From: a virus
Taxonomy: Duplodnaviria > Heunggongvirae > Uroviricota > Caudoviricetes > Schitoviridae
IMG/VR virus record: IMGVR_UViG_2595698760_000001
Span: 1-64,000 of that record
Strand: one strand, 5' to 3'
Length of the DNA stretch: 64,000 nt
Part shown: positions 7,429 through 15,714 of the stretch, piece after piece
Layout of the letters: every line of letters starts with the position of its first letter
How positions within the stretch are numbered: position 1 is the first letter of the stretch
Program-made: the position numbers and the translations under genes
Notes under the pieces: generated by a model
What the model saw: the letters and a program-made list of their open reading frames with translations, nothing else
The model's database searches: none
Told to the model about the DNA's origin: nothing

Positions 7429-8631
7429 ATGCAACAATTCAATGGCGCACAGTATCTGAAGATGGACATCGCTTCAAAGTTTGGTCTGGACAAAGAGAAC
7501 TGGGATGTTCGCCTGGATTGGGTCCGGGAGAACGAGCACCGTCTCGAAGAACTGGTATCGCAGGCTGACGAGTCAGCCGGCTTCCTCGCTGGCGTTATGG
7601 CCTTACGGAAAGCTCAATCCGGCAAAGCGACTGGCTATACCATTTCTCTGGATGCGACAGCATCCGGTGTTCAGATTCTGGCTGCACTGTCCGGGTGTGA
7701 GAAATCAGCCCGGGCCTGCAACCTGATTGATACGGGTAACCGTGAAGATGCGTACACCATCGTCTACAAGGCGATGAATGAGCGTCTGGGCGCAGTAGGC
7801 TATGCACCTCGCAGTAACGTGAAGACGGCAGTGATGACGTCTCTGTATGGCTCAAAGGCTGAACCACGCAAGGTATTCGGTGAAGGCTCCAAGGAGCTGG
7901 CCGAGTTCTATAACACCATGCCAGTGGAACTGCCTGGTGCCTGGGCACTGAACGAAGACCTGATTAACCTCTGGCGCTCTGACGTGTACAAGCACCAGTA
8001 CACCCTGGCCGACGGCTATGAGGTGTCACTGAAGGTGATGGACGGCGTAGTCGAGTCAGTGTACATCGCTGGCATGGAGTACGAAGTCATCCGCCATGTG
8101 AACCAGCCTAAGCAGCATGAGGTATCTCTGGCTGCGAACATCGTGCATAGCATCGATGGCCTGGTGGTACGTGAGATGCAGCGCCGCTGTCAGTATGACG
8201 TGGAGTTGGTGAAGCAGGTGATGGCCATTAGCACTACCGGCCTGAGCACCTCTCGCAAGAAGGATACTGAGCTGCTGCGTCTGCTGACGCTGTATCGTGA
8301 ATCCAAATTCATGAGTGCTCGTATCTTCCAGTACCTGGATGAGCTGAATGCCGGCCACCTGAAGGCCGACGAGAAGCGTGAAATCAACATCCTGGCACAG
8401 GGTATGCTGAACCATAAATCATTCCCGCTGCTGACTATCCATGACTGCTTCCGCTGCAGTCCGAACCATGGTGACCACATGCGTTACCACTATGCCGAAA
8501 TCATGAGCCAGTTGGCTCGTAGCGAGATGCTGTCACATATCGCTTCACAGATTACCGGCACCAAAATGGCTGTGACCAAGAAGGGCAACATTGCTGCTGC
8601 CATCCTTGAGTCCGAATACGCTATCTGCTGA
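7429..8631 (+). CDS. RNA polymerase II catalytic subunit (T7-like single-subunit RNAP, N4 gp16-like)
   Basis: Motif A LDATASGVQILAA resembles T7 DGSCSGIQHF. Motif B RSNVKTAVMTSLYGS resembles T7 RSVTKRSVMTLAYGS. Motif C IHDCFRC resembles T7 HDSFGT. Confidence 0.85.
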   Translation: MQQFNGAQYLKMDIASKFGLDKENWDVRLDWVRENEHRLEELVSQADESAGFLAGVMALRKAQSGKATGYTISLDATASGVQILAALSGCEKSARACNLIDTGNREDAYTIVYKAMNERLGAVGYAPRSNVKTAVMTSLYGSKAEPRKVFGEGSKELAEFYNTMPVELPGAWALNEDLINLWRSDVYKHQYTLADGYEVSLKVMDGVVESVYIAGMEYEVIRHVNQPKQHEVSLAANIVHSIDGLVVREMQRRCQYDVELVKQVMAISTTGLSTSRKKDTELLRLLTLYRESKFMSARIFQYLDELNAGHLKADEKREINILAQGMLNHKSFPLLTIHDCFRCSPNHGDHMRYHYAEIMSQLARSEMLSHIASQITGTKMAVTKKGNIAAAILESEYAIC

Positions 8632-8637
8632 GAGACT

Positions 8638-8670
8638 GAGCTATCCCTTCGGGGGTAGCTCTTTTTTTTC
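8638..8670 (+). terminator. Rho-independent terminator (GAGCTATCCC-TTCG-GGGGTAGCTC followed by a T8 run)
   Basis: 10-bp stem with a UUCG loop and a T8 run directly after the RNAPII stop codon. Confidence 0.85.
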
Positions 8671-8671
8671 A

Positions 8672-8842
8672 ATGAGTCTCCAGGAAGTGCTCTACCTCAT
8701 GGCAGGGGAGCCAAAGATATTCCATGCCTTGATGGATGACCTGTGGGCAGACGGGGCATTGCGCACACTAAGTGAGGCGCGAATCATGCTGATAGGCACT
8801 GACAAAACACTGGCCAGCCTCTGTAAGAATTACCGGGGCTGA
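8672..8842 (+). CDS. Small hypothetical protein (about 56 aa)
   Basis: ATG at 8672 just after the terminator. No clear Shine-Dalgarno. The longer track ORF 8591..8842 overlaps the RNAPII gene. Confidence 0.25.
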   Translation: MSLQEVLYLMAGEPKIFHALMDDLWADGALRTLSEARIMLIGTDKTLASLCKNYRG

Positions 8843-8872
8843 CTCCTTTTTTCGGTTTGTTTCTTGTAAGGA

Positions 8873-9178
8873 ATGAAGATGGCAAAGGTTCATCTGGTAC
8901 GTGCTGAGTGGGCATTAGACGAATGTCGCGCCACTCGTAAAGAGTTATTCGCAGACCTGATAGGCAAGGTTCCCTTTGTGATTGAGCAGCTCAACGAGCG
9001 CATCAACAAAGCCTGTCAGGAAGGCAAAATGTACATCGAGCTGACTCGTGAAGAAATCGAGACAGTCCCTGATGTGAAAGCTGACGTGTTCGTAGCTTAC
9101 CTGCAGGAGCAGGGCTACACACTCATTTCCCCGGCGCCAAATAAGTATCTGGCGTATTTTATTGACCCACAGAAATAG
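8873..9178 (+). CDS. Hypothetical protein (101 aa)
   Basis: AAGGAATGAAGATG start context. Confidence 0.55.
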   Translation: MKMAKVHLVRAEWALDECRATRKELFADLIGKVPFVIEQLNERINKACQEGKMYIELTREEIETVPDVKADVFVAYLQEQGYTLISPAPNKYLAYFIDPQK

Positions 9179-9190
9179 GATTAGTCATCC

Positions 9191-9568
9191 ATGAATATCA
9201 TCGCACTTAAAGGTTACCTCGACCGTTTCCAGGCAAAGCTGGCTGAGCAGGAAGTCCTGAAGAAAGAAATCCAGGCTCAGACTGAAAAGCTGGGAGCCAT
9301 GGTCTCTGAATCTGATGGCCTGAAAAAGCTGATGCTGGGCGAAGTCCAGTCGTCTGGTGAGAAGACCGTCAAAATCGGTGCTGTTAACCTGAGCGTTACT
9401 CCAGGCAAAGACAGCCTGAAAATCACTGACGACAGCAAGCTGCCTGCGAAATACACGCAGACCAAAGTCGTTCCGAACAATGCTGCTATCAAAGCTGCGC
9501 TGTTGAATGGTTCAGAAGTCCCGGGTGCCGAAATCGTTACCGGTGCTCCGTACCTGACCATTAAGTAA
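9191..9568 (+). CDS. Hypothetical protein (125 aa)
   Basis: Followed by an intrinsic terminator. Confidence 0.55.
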   Translation: MNIIALKGYLDRFQAKLAEQEVLKKEIQAQTEKLGAMVSESDGLKKLMLGEVQSSGEKTVKIGAVNLSVTPGKDSLKITDDSKLPAKYTQTKVVPNNAAIKAALLNGSEVPGAEIVTGAPYLTIK

Positions 9569-9576
9569 GTCTGGGT

Positions 9577-9605
9577 GGGCCGGAAGCGGCCCTCTTTTTT
9601 CGCTT
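9577..9605 (+). terminator. Rho-independent terminator (GGGCCG-GAAG-CGGCCC followed by a T-run)
   Basis: 6-bp GC stem followed by tctttttt cgctttttcg. Confidence 0.8.
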
Positions 9606-9643
9606 TTTCGTTTCCTTTTAATTAATTCCCCTCGGAGATAGTC

Positions 9644-10678
9644 ATGAAAATTAGTGAACTGAGTGTTGCTGTAGAGCGTTTCATCCGTGCCGGTGTTGTG
9701 CCGTTTATCCAGGCATCACCTGGCGTTGGCAAGTCATCCATCATCCATCAGGTAGCTGAGAAGTTTAACCTGAAGCTGATTGACCTGCGCCTGGCATCAT
9801 CTGACCCGACTGACCTGTCCGGTCTGCCACACTTTTACACGGACGCCGCCGGCCACAATAAGGCTGAGTATGCGACGTTCGATACCTTCCCACTGGAAGG
9901 TGACCCGCTGCCGAAAGACGCCAATGGTGTCGAAATGGCTGGCTGGCTCCTGTTCCTGGATGAGTTCAGCTCTGCGCCTAAATCTGTACAGGCTCCGGCA
10001 TATAAGCTGGTTCTGGACAAGATGGTTGGCCAGCGTAAGCTGCACCCGAAAGTAGCCATGGTTGCCGCGGGCAACAAATCCACCGATAACGCCATCGTTA
10101 TCAAGCTGTCTACTGCGCTGCAGAGCCGTGTAGGCCATCTGTTCCTGGACGTTGATAAGAAGGAATGGATTGACTGGGCAATTGCCAATGGCATCGACAG
10201 CCGTATTATCGGTCTGATTGAATTCCGCCCGGGCCTGCTGCATAACTTCGACCCTGACCACACCGACAACACCTTCAGTTGCCCACGCACACTGGAGATG
10301 TTGAGCAAGCTGGTGAAGGGTACTCAGGTGACCGTCGATGATATTGAACTCATCGAAGGTTTAATCGGTAAAGGCGCATCCACTGAGTTCGTGTCATTCT
10401 GTGACATCTACCAGAACCTGCCTGCAATCGCTGATATTATCCGTGACCCGAAAGGTACTGCGGTGCCGGGCGAAGACAGCCTGCGCTATGCACTGGCCAC
10501 TTATCTGGCCGACCACATGGACAAGCAGAATGCTGGCCCGCTGGTAGAATACCTCGGCCGCATTCCGGTTGACTTCCGTGTTGTTGCCATCCGTATGGCG
10601 AATGCTCGTGTACCGGGCATCAACAGCCACCCTGACGTTAACAAGATGATTCGTGACCTCGTTAACTACATGAAATAA
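9644..10678 (+). CDS. MoxR-like AAA+ ATPase (AAA_5 type)
   Basis: Walker A SPGVGKSS and Walker B LLFLDEF. 344 aa. Immediately followed by a vWA partner gene. Confidence 0.75.
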   Translation: MKISELSVAVERFIRAGVVPFIQASPGVGKSSIIHQVAEKFNLKLIDLRLASSDPTDLSGLPHFYTDAAGHNKAEYATFDTFPLEGDPLPKDANGVEMAGWLLFLDEFSSAPKSVQAPAYKLVLDKMVGQRKLHPKVAMVAAGNKSTDNAIVIKLSTALQSRVGHLFLDVDKKEWIDWAIANGIDSRIIGLIEFRPGLLHNFDPDHTDNTFSCPRTLEMLSKLVKGTQVTVDDIELIEGLIGKGASTEFVSFCDIYQNLPAIADIIRDPKGTAVPGEDSLRYALATYLADHMDKQNAGPLVEYLGRIPVDFRVVAIRMANARVPGINSHPDVNKMIRDLVNYMK

Positions 10679-10689
10679 GGAGCTGGGCC

Positions 10690-11832
10690 ATGAGCCAAGC
10701 AAGAGATGATGCACTGGCATCAGCACGTCTGCAGTTGTTCCGTAAGAAGGGAGCTGCGTTCATTGCCAGCCTGTATTATGGGCTGGAATTCAGTTGGGAT
10801 AGTTCTATCCCGACCGCCTGCACCAATGGGCTGAACCTGAAAATCAATGAAGAATTCTTCATGGGCCTGCCGTCGAAAGACGAGCGTGCAACTCTGCTGG
10901 CTCATGAGGTCTGGCATGTTGGTTTGCTGCACCCTATTCGTATCGGCAACCGTAAGCCTGGCCGCTGGAATAAAGCCTGCGACTACGCCATCAACATCAT
11001 GTTGGAGAATGCCGGTTATGCGCCGTTGAAGAACTGGCTGTGTGACCGCAAATTCGACGGCATGTCTGCTGAGCAGATTTATGCCCTGCTGCCGGATGAG
11101 CCTGATGACGACGACAACACCGGTGGTGATGTAGTTGCCCAAGACCCAAATGGACAGCCGTCCGGCGGTAATGGCAACAGCGCACCACTCACGTCGAGCC
11201 AGCAAAAGCAGTTGGTGAACAACGTAGTGCGTGCAACACAGTCCCAGAATATGTCATCGAAAGGTGACCCAGGCTGGGCACCGGGCTATATGCAGACTCA
11301 GATTGATGAGCTGCTGCGCCCGAAACTGCCGTGGGATGTGCTGACAAAGAACTGGCTGTCAGAAGTGTCTCGTAACGAGTACACCTGGCGCCGGCCGAGT
11401 CGTCGATTCCACGACATGTATCTCCCATCACTGGGCGGCGAAGAAGGGCTGGAGCATTTATGCTGGCTCATCGATGCTTCTGGTTCTGTAACGGACGAGC
11501 AGCTCACTCGCTTCAACTCTGAAGTGAAGGCTGCAAAAGACCTCTACAATCCGAAGCGCATGACCATCATCGTGTACGACACAGACGTCCGTGACGTATA
11601 CGAGTTCAGCGACGATGACGATTTCAGTGGCCTGGTATTCACCGGCCGTGGCGGCACTAACATGCAGCCTGCTTTCGACATTGCAATGAAGATGCACCCG
11701 ACTGCCATCGTCTCGTTCAGTGATAACGAATGCCGGGAACCAAAGAACCCTGGTATTCCTGTACTATTCATCTGCGTGGATAACCCTGGCGGAGCCTTTG
11801 GCTTCGGCAAGACAGTTCACGTAACCACCTAA
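10690..11832 (+). CDS. vWA-domain protein with N-terminal HExxH putative metallopeptidase domain (DUF2201-like)
   Basis: HEVWH motif at the N-terminus. MIDAS-type motif IDASGSV. Continues as TGRGGTNMQPAF. Paired with the upstream AAA+ ATPase. Confidence 0.65.
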   Translation: MSQARDDALASARLQLFRKKGAAFIASLYYGLEFSWDSSIPTACTNGLNLKINEEFFMGLPSKDERATLLAHEVWHVGLLHPIRIGNRKPGRWNKACDYAINIMLENAGYAPLKNWLCDRKFDGMSAEQIYALLPDEPDDDDNTGGDVVAQDPNGQPSGGNGNSAPLTSSQQKQLVNNVVRATQSQNMSSKGDPGWAPGYMQTQIDELLRPKLPWDVLTKNWLSEVSRNEYTWRRPSRRFHDMYLPSLGGEEGLEHLCWLIDASGSVTDEQLTRFNSEVKAAKDLYNPKRMTIIVYDTDVRDVYEFSDDDDFSGLVFTGRGGTNMQPAFDIAMKMHPTAIVSFSDNECREPKNPGIPVLFICVDNPGGAFGFGKTVHVTT

Positions 11833-11857
11833 CTAAAACAACTATTCTCCGAATTTT

Positions 11858-11886
11858 GCCCTGGCCTATGCCGGGGCTTTTTTTAT
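11858..11886 (+). terminator. Rho-independent terminator (GCCCTGGC-CTAT-GCCGGGGC followed by a T8 run)
   Basis: Stem with one G·U pair followed by ttttttta. Confidence 0.7.
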
Positions 11887-11903
11887 GGAGAAGGAGCCAT
11901 TAA

Positions 11904-12107
11904 ATGCCATCTGTTAAGCACGCTGTAATCGTGATTCAACTGGATGACGGCAACATCGTGCAACGCCCGATGGTAGCTGTCGAGACTGAGATTGTGACCG
12001 CCATGCTGGCCGAGCACGATACCGGTATCCTCAAAACGATTCCCCTGAAGGGAATGTCTTTCAAGAAGTCAGGAGAACTGGTTCATGAAGGTATTCACCA
12101 ACAATAA
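11904..12107 (+). CDS. Hypothetical protein (67 aa)
   Basis: GGAGAAGGAG Shine-Dalgarno upstream. Confidence 0.55.
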   Translation: MPSVKHAVIVIQLDDGNIVQRPMVAVETEIVTAMLAEHDTGILKTIPLKGMSFKKSGELVHEGIHQQ

Positions 12108-12294
12108 ATTTACCGGCCGCTGGCCTGTAGGTACTGCCGCGGTAGTCGTGGCACCAGACCAGGAAGCTGCAGCCATCATGATGATGCAGTGCCTGGAAAA
12201 AATGGGGATGCCTCAGACTATCCCCGAAGCGGATATGGTCGAGTTAAACACCGACATCCGTACTGTTTTAATCCTGGCCGACGGTGAGTATTAA
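12085..12294 (+). CDS. Hypothetical protein (69 aa)
   Basis: Overlapping junction with the upstream gene. TAATG junction with the downstream gene. Confidence 0.5.
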   Translation: MKVFTNNKFTGRWPVGTAAVVVAPDQEAAAIMMMQCLEKMGMPQTIPEADMVELNTDIRTVLILADGEY

Positions 12295-12524
12295 TGCCGT
12301 TGATTGCAGCGTTCGCTGCCACGTTCCTGATGTTCATGTCCGGTTATGTTTATGACCAGACGCACACGGACACCGCATTCCTGGTGACCAACCTGTACAT
12401 CATGACCGCACTCATTCTCTGTGGGATGGTTCGTAAAAATGCAAAGCGTCGTAAGACCAAAGCTGAGCCAAGCAGCTCAAGCAGCGTTTCCCCGGGCACT
12501 AAAGATGAGTCTTCCAAAGACTGA
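12294..12524 (+). CDS. Small membrane protein (76 aa, 2 predicted TM, Ser-rich tail)
   Basis: Two hydrophobic helices. Confidence 0.5.
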   Translation: MPLIAAFAATFLMFMSGYVYDQTHTDTAFLVTNLYIMTALILCGMVRKNAKRRKTKAEPSSSSSVSPGTKDESSKD

Positions 12525-12849
12525 GCATCTGCCCCTGGCAAACCAGCGCTGCCATTACAACGCAGTCCAGGCTGTCAAAACCGGCCTGGCAGTTGGAGTG
12601 GTAGAAGTGGTTGTCGTGTACTCCGATTCCTGCTCTGCACATTACGTCAATCTGATGGCCGATGGTTCCTACGTGGATTTCACGCTAGGCCAGATGTGCA
12701 TCAATGACAGCTACCGCTTTGTGCGGCATGTGTCGCCCAATGAGTACGAGACCATCAATGACTCACTGATGAATCTCAAGCGCCGCCTGGTAGCCATGCT
12801 GCCGTGGCAATTCCGTTTAATCGTTCGTGAAGCAAACAACTGGTGCTGA
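12505..12849 (+). CDS. Hypothetical protein (about 114 aa; track ORF begins at 12421)
   Basis: The internal ATG (MSLPKTEH...) avoids a 100-bp overlap with the upstream membrane gene. The coordinate is uncertain by ±1. Confidence 0.45.
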   Translation: MSLPKTEHLPLANQRCHYNAVQAVKTGLAVGVVEVVVVYSDSCSAHYVNLMADGSYVDFTLGQMCINDSYRFVRHVSPNEYETINDSLMNLKRRLVAMLPWQFRLIVREANNWC

Positions 12850-12850
12850 A

Positions 12851-13600
12851 ATGAAAGAACAAGAATTTATCCATGGAGTGATGTCCCGCACCTTCGGCGT
12901 CTTCAAAGAGAGCCAATGTGCAATACGTCCTCACTTCGTATTAACCGGCCCATCCGGCTCAGGCAAATCACATCTCGTGCAACTCGTCGCTAAAGAGTTA
13001 GACCTGGCCCTGCTGACCATCAATGCTGCTTCGCTGACCAAAGAAGGCGTAAGCGGTAACTCCCTGTCGAAAGCCCTGGCGCCACTGCGCAACATCGGTG
13101 ATGCACCGGCCATCGTCTTCTGCGATGAATTCGACAAGCTGTTCGTGTCTGGCCAGGCTGGCAGCGACAATACCCACGAATCTCTGGCCGGCGTACAGAA
13201 CGAGTTTCTGACCGTGCTGGAGAACGACCAGGCCGCAGTGTTTGGTGACTATGGCAAGTATGTGAACGTGCCTGTCAGCAACTGCCTGTTCGTATTCGCT
13301 GGCGCTTTCAACGGTGAGAAGGACATGTCCATCGAACGTCTGAAAGAGCTGGGTATCCGCAATGAATTCCTGGGCCGTGTGTCTCTGTGCTTCAGCACTG
13401 AGAAGCCGAGCCTTGATAGTCTGCTTGAGTTCCTGAACCAATCAGACTTGCTGGATAAGTACCTCGCGCTGTTCAAGTCACAACGCCGAGCCAGTGTCAT
13501 CAAGAAGATTGCTGCACTGGTTGAAGTGGGCTATGCCAAAAATACCCTGGGTGTCCGTGGAGTGAACAGTCTCATTCACCAACACTTTTTGCAGGCATAA
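12851..13600 (+). CDS. AAA+ ATPase
   Basis: Walker A GPSGSGKS and Walker B IVFCDEFDK. The ATG at 12851 follows the upstream stop. Confidence 0.7.
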   Translation: MKEQEFIHGVMSRTFGVFKESQCAIRPHFVLTGPSGSGKSHLVQLVAKELDLALLTINAASLTKEGVSGNSLSKALAPLRNIGDAPAIVFCDEFDKLFVSGQAGSDNTHESLAGVQNEFLTVLENDQAAVFGDYGKYVNVPVSNCLFVFAGAFNGEKDMSIERLKELGIRNEFLGRVSLCFSTEKPSLDSLLEFLNQSDLLDKYLALFKSQRRASVIKKIAALVEVGYAKNTLGVRGVNSLIHQHFLQA

Positions 13601-13602
13601 CA

Positions 13603-14094
13603 ATGGGATGCGATATACATCTTTATCGTGAACGCCGTATTAACGGCGAATGGGAAACTGACACCACTCGTGAGTGTGAATCAGAGGAGGCTGAAGCCGA
13701 AGACCCGTACTACTCGTATGAGTCAGGTATGGGTTATTACGGCCGCAGCTATGTGCTGTTTGCCGCTCTGTCTGGTGTCCGTTCCTATTCTGCAATGGCC
13801 ATTGCTCCGCCGGCTGAAGACCGGGGATTCCCTGAAGACGCTTGTGACATTCACAAATGGTGCAGCGAGCAGTGGGATGCCGACGGCCACAGTCATGGCT
13901 GGCTCGATATGGCTGAACTGGACACGCTCATTGAGCAGTATTTCCAGGCACCGGTATTACATGATGGTGACGCTCAACGCTTTGAGCACGCCCATGCAAA
14001 TCTGGTAGAGCTGCGAGACCAGGCAAACACCGGCGACTATTTCAAAGGGCTTGAACCTGAAGACTGTCGCATTCTGTTTTTCTACGATAACTGA
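13603..14094 (+). CDS. Hypothetical acidic protein (163 aa)
   Basis: Track ORF, tightly spaced with its neighbours. Confidence 0.55.
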   Translation: MGCDIHLYRERRINGEWETDTTRECESEEAEAEDPYYSYESGMGYYGRSYVLFAALSGVRSYSAMAIAPPAEDRGFPEDACDIHKWCSEQWDADGHSHGWLDMAELDTLIEQYFQAPVLHDGDAQRFEHAHANLVELRDQANTGDYFKGLEPEDCRILFFYDN

Positions 14095-14101
14095 GGCACC
14101 C

Positions 14102-14665
14102 ATGGCGCTGTTCAAACTAAAGTCGGCCAAAGACGAATTCCTGATGAAGGCTCTGGTCGATGGCCGGCTCGTGATTAAGCAGCGTTTTGCTCAGCCGTGC
14201 TCCAACCGGATGCCGCTGGCAATGCTGCACAAAATCATGGCTGACGGCTTCCTGTTTTATGACAAAGAGGAAGTCCCTGTTGTCGAGGCAAAGCCTCAGA
14301 AAACTGAGTTTTCTCCTCGGGATTTAATTGCTCATAGTCACTATGGGGAATTCCCGGATGCCGTGGTAACTCTAAAGTTAGCCCGGCGCCAGGCTGTGTT
14401 AGATGGACGCTCACCAGAAGAAGCCATGCGCACCTGCGCTGGCCTGATGTCAAAGCGTATCTCTAACCAGAAGCTACGCCATACCCTGCTTGAAATGGTC
14501 GTCATGAAGTACCCGGACAATGGTCTGGTGGCTGTCGAGAAGACCATTAAGCTGATGGCGAAACACCTGACTGCTGAACTCGGCCGAACCATCCATGCTC
14601 CCAATGAGGAAGCATTGGTTCAGGCTTTGTTTAAACCCCGCAAACTTCCAATACCGGTGAAATAA
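14102..14665 (+). CDS. Hypothetical protein (187 aa)
   Basis: The ATG at 14102 follows the upstream stop. The track ORF begins at a TTG at 14051. Confidence 0.55.
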   Translation: MALFKLKSAKDEFLMKALVDGRLVIKQRFAQPCSNRMPLAMLHKIMADGFLFYDKEEVPVVEAKPQKTEFSPRDLIAHSHYGEFPDAVVTLKLARRQAVLDGRSPEEAMRTCAGLMSKRISNQKLRHTLLEMVVMKYPDNGLVAVEKTIKLMAKHLTAELGRTIHAPNEEALVQALFKPRKLPIPVK

Positions 14666-14667
14666 CT

Positions 14668-14871
14668 ATGTGGTTACGTGTCTATCTGCAGGCTGTGCTT
14701 GCAGTAATTATCTCCTTGTTTCTGTACGGCTATGTCTTCCCTCGTATGGTGTCTGCACCTGATACCTTGCTTGTTATGGGTGGCATCGCTGGTGCTCTGA
14801 TTTGGCCAGCACTGCTGGTTTGGTTCTTCCGCAAACGTGTAAGGAAAATGCTGTCATGCGTAAAATTCTGA
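14668..14871 (+). CDS. Small inner-membrane protein (67 aa, 2 predicted TM), first gene of the envelope cassette
   Basis: Two hydrophobic helices and a basic C-terminus. Confidence 0.5.
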   Translation: MWLRVYLQAVLAVIISLFLYGYVFPRMVSAPDTLLVMGGIAGALIWPALLVWFFRKRVRKMLSCVKF

Positions 14872-15689
14872 TTGCCGCGGCAATCCTCGGTGCTGTCACC
14901 ACTCTGACCGGCTGCTATGAGCGTGTCGAACCAGGTAACGCTGGTGTACTGGTAAACCGTCTCGGTGACGAAAAGGGTGTTGATGCTCAACCTCTGGGCG
15001 TCGGCCGCTACTGGGTAGGCTGGAACGAAGACCTGTATACGTTCCCAACCTTCAAGCAGATGAAATCGTATCCAGACCCGTTCATCTTCCAGATGAGCGA
15101 CGGTACGACCATCGGCTACTCAATCGGTATCGCATATCGTGTGACGCCGGCAAAAGTGACCACTGTGTTCCAGACGTACCGTAAGGGCGTTGACGACATC
15201 ACGGACACTGACCTGCGTCAGAAAATCAGTGACTCACTGAATCGCCGCAGCAGCATGATGAACACTGATAAGTTCATTGATGGCGGCAAAGGCGACATCC
15301 TGACCGGTGTACTGTCTGACCTGCAGAAAGAGATGGGGCCGGTAGGCATCGAAGTCCTCAGCGTGAGCTGGATGGGCAAGCCTGACTACCCGCCGACTGT
15401 TATCGAAAGCATTAATGCCAAGGTAACGGCAAACCAGAAAACTCTGCAGCGTGAGCAGGAAGTAAAACAGCGTGACGCCGAAGCAAACATGCTGCGTGCA
15501 GAAGCTGCCGGTCAGGCTGATGCAAAACTGGCGCTGGCGAATGCCGAAGCCAAGTCCATCGAAATCCGTGGTAAAGCTCTGCGTGAAAACCCAGAGATTA
15601 TGAACCTGGAAGCCATCAATAAGTGGAACGGCACTCTGCCTACCACAATGGTTCCCGGCGCAGCCACTCCGTTCATCTCCATCAAATAA
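14856..15689 (+). CDS. SPFH/band-7 (prohibitin/HflKC-like) domain lipoprotein
   Basis: AAGGAAA Shine-Dalgarno. Signal peptide with lipobox LTGC (MRKILIAAAILGAVTTLTGC). SPFH-like core followed by a C-terminal coiled-coil rich in A, E and Q. Confidence 0.55.
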   Translation: MRKILIAAAILGAVTTLTGCYERVEPGNAGVLVNRLGDEKGVDAQPLGVGRYWVGWNEDLYTFPTFKQMKSYPDPFIFQMSDGTTIGYSIGIAYRVTPAKVTTVFQTYRKGVDDITDTDLRQKISDSLNRRSSMMNTDKFIDGGKGDILTGVLSDLQKEMGPVGIEVLSVSWMGKPDYPPTVIESINAKVTANQKTLQREQEVKQRDAEANMLRAEAAGQADAKLALANAEAKSIEIRGKALRENPEIMNLEAINKWNGTLPTTMVPGAATPFISIK

Positions 15690-15714
15690 GCGTCCGTCAG
15701 GGCGAGGATAACCA

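Noticed and set aside
8591-8842. 83-aa ORF beginning inside the RNAPII catalytic-subunit gene
   Set aside because: Its 5' 40 nt overlap the RNAPII C-terminus and the terminator. Only the shorter 8672-8842 version is kept, at low confidence.
9797-10308. 154-aa and 157-aa − strand ORFs antisense to the MoxR-like ATPase
   Set aside because: They overlap a CDS with clear Walker motifs. Their translations are Arg/Ser/Leu-rich and look like noise.
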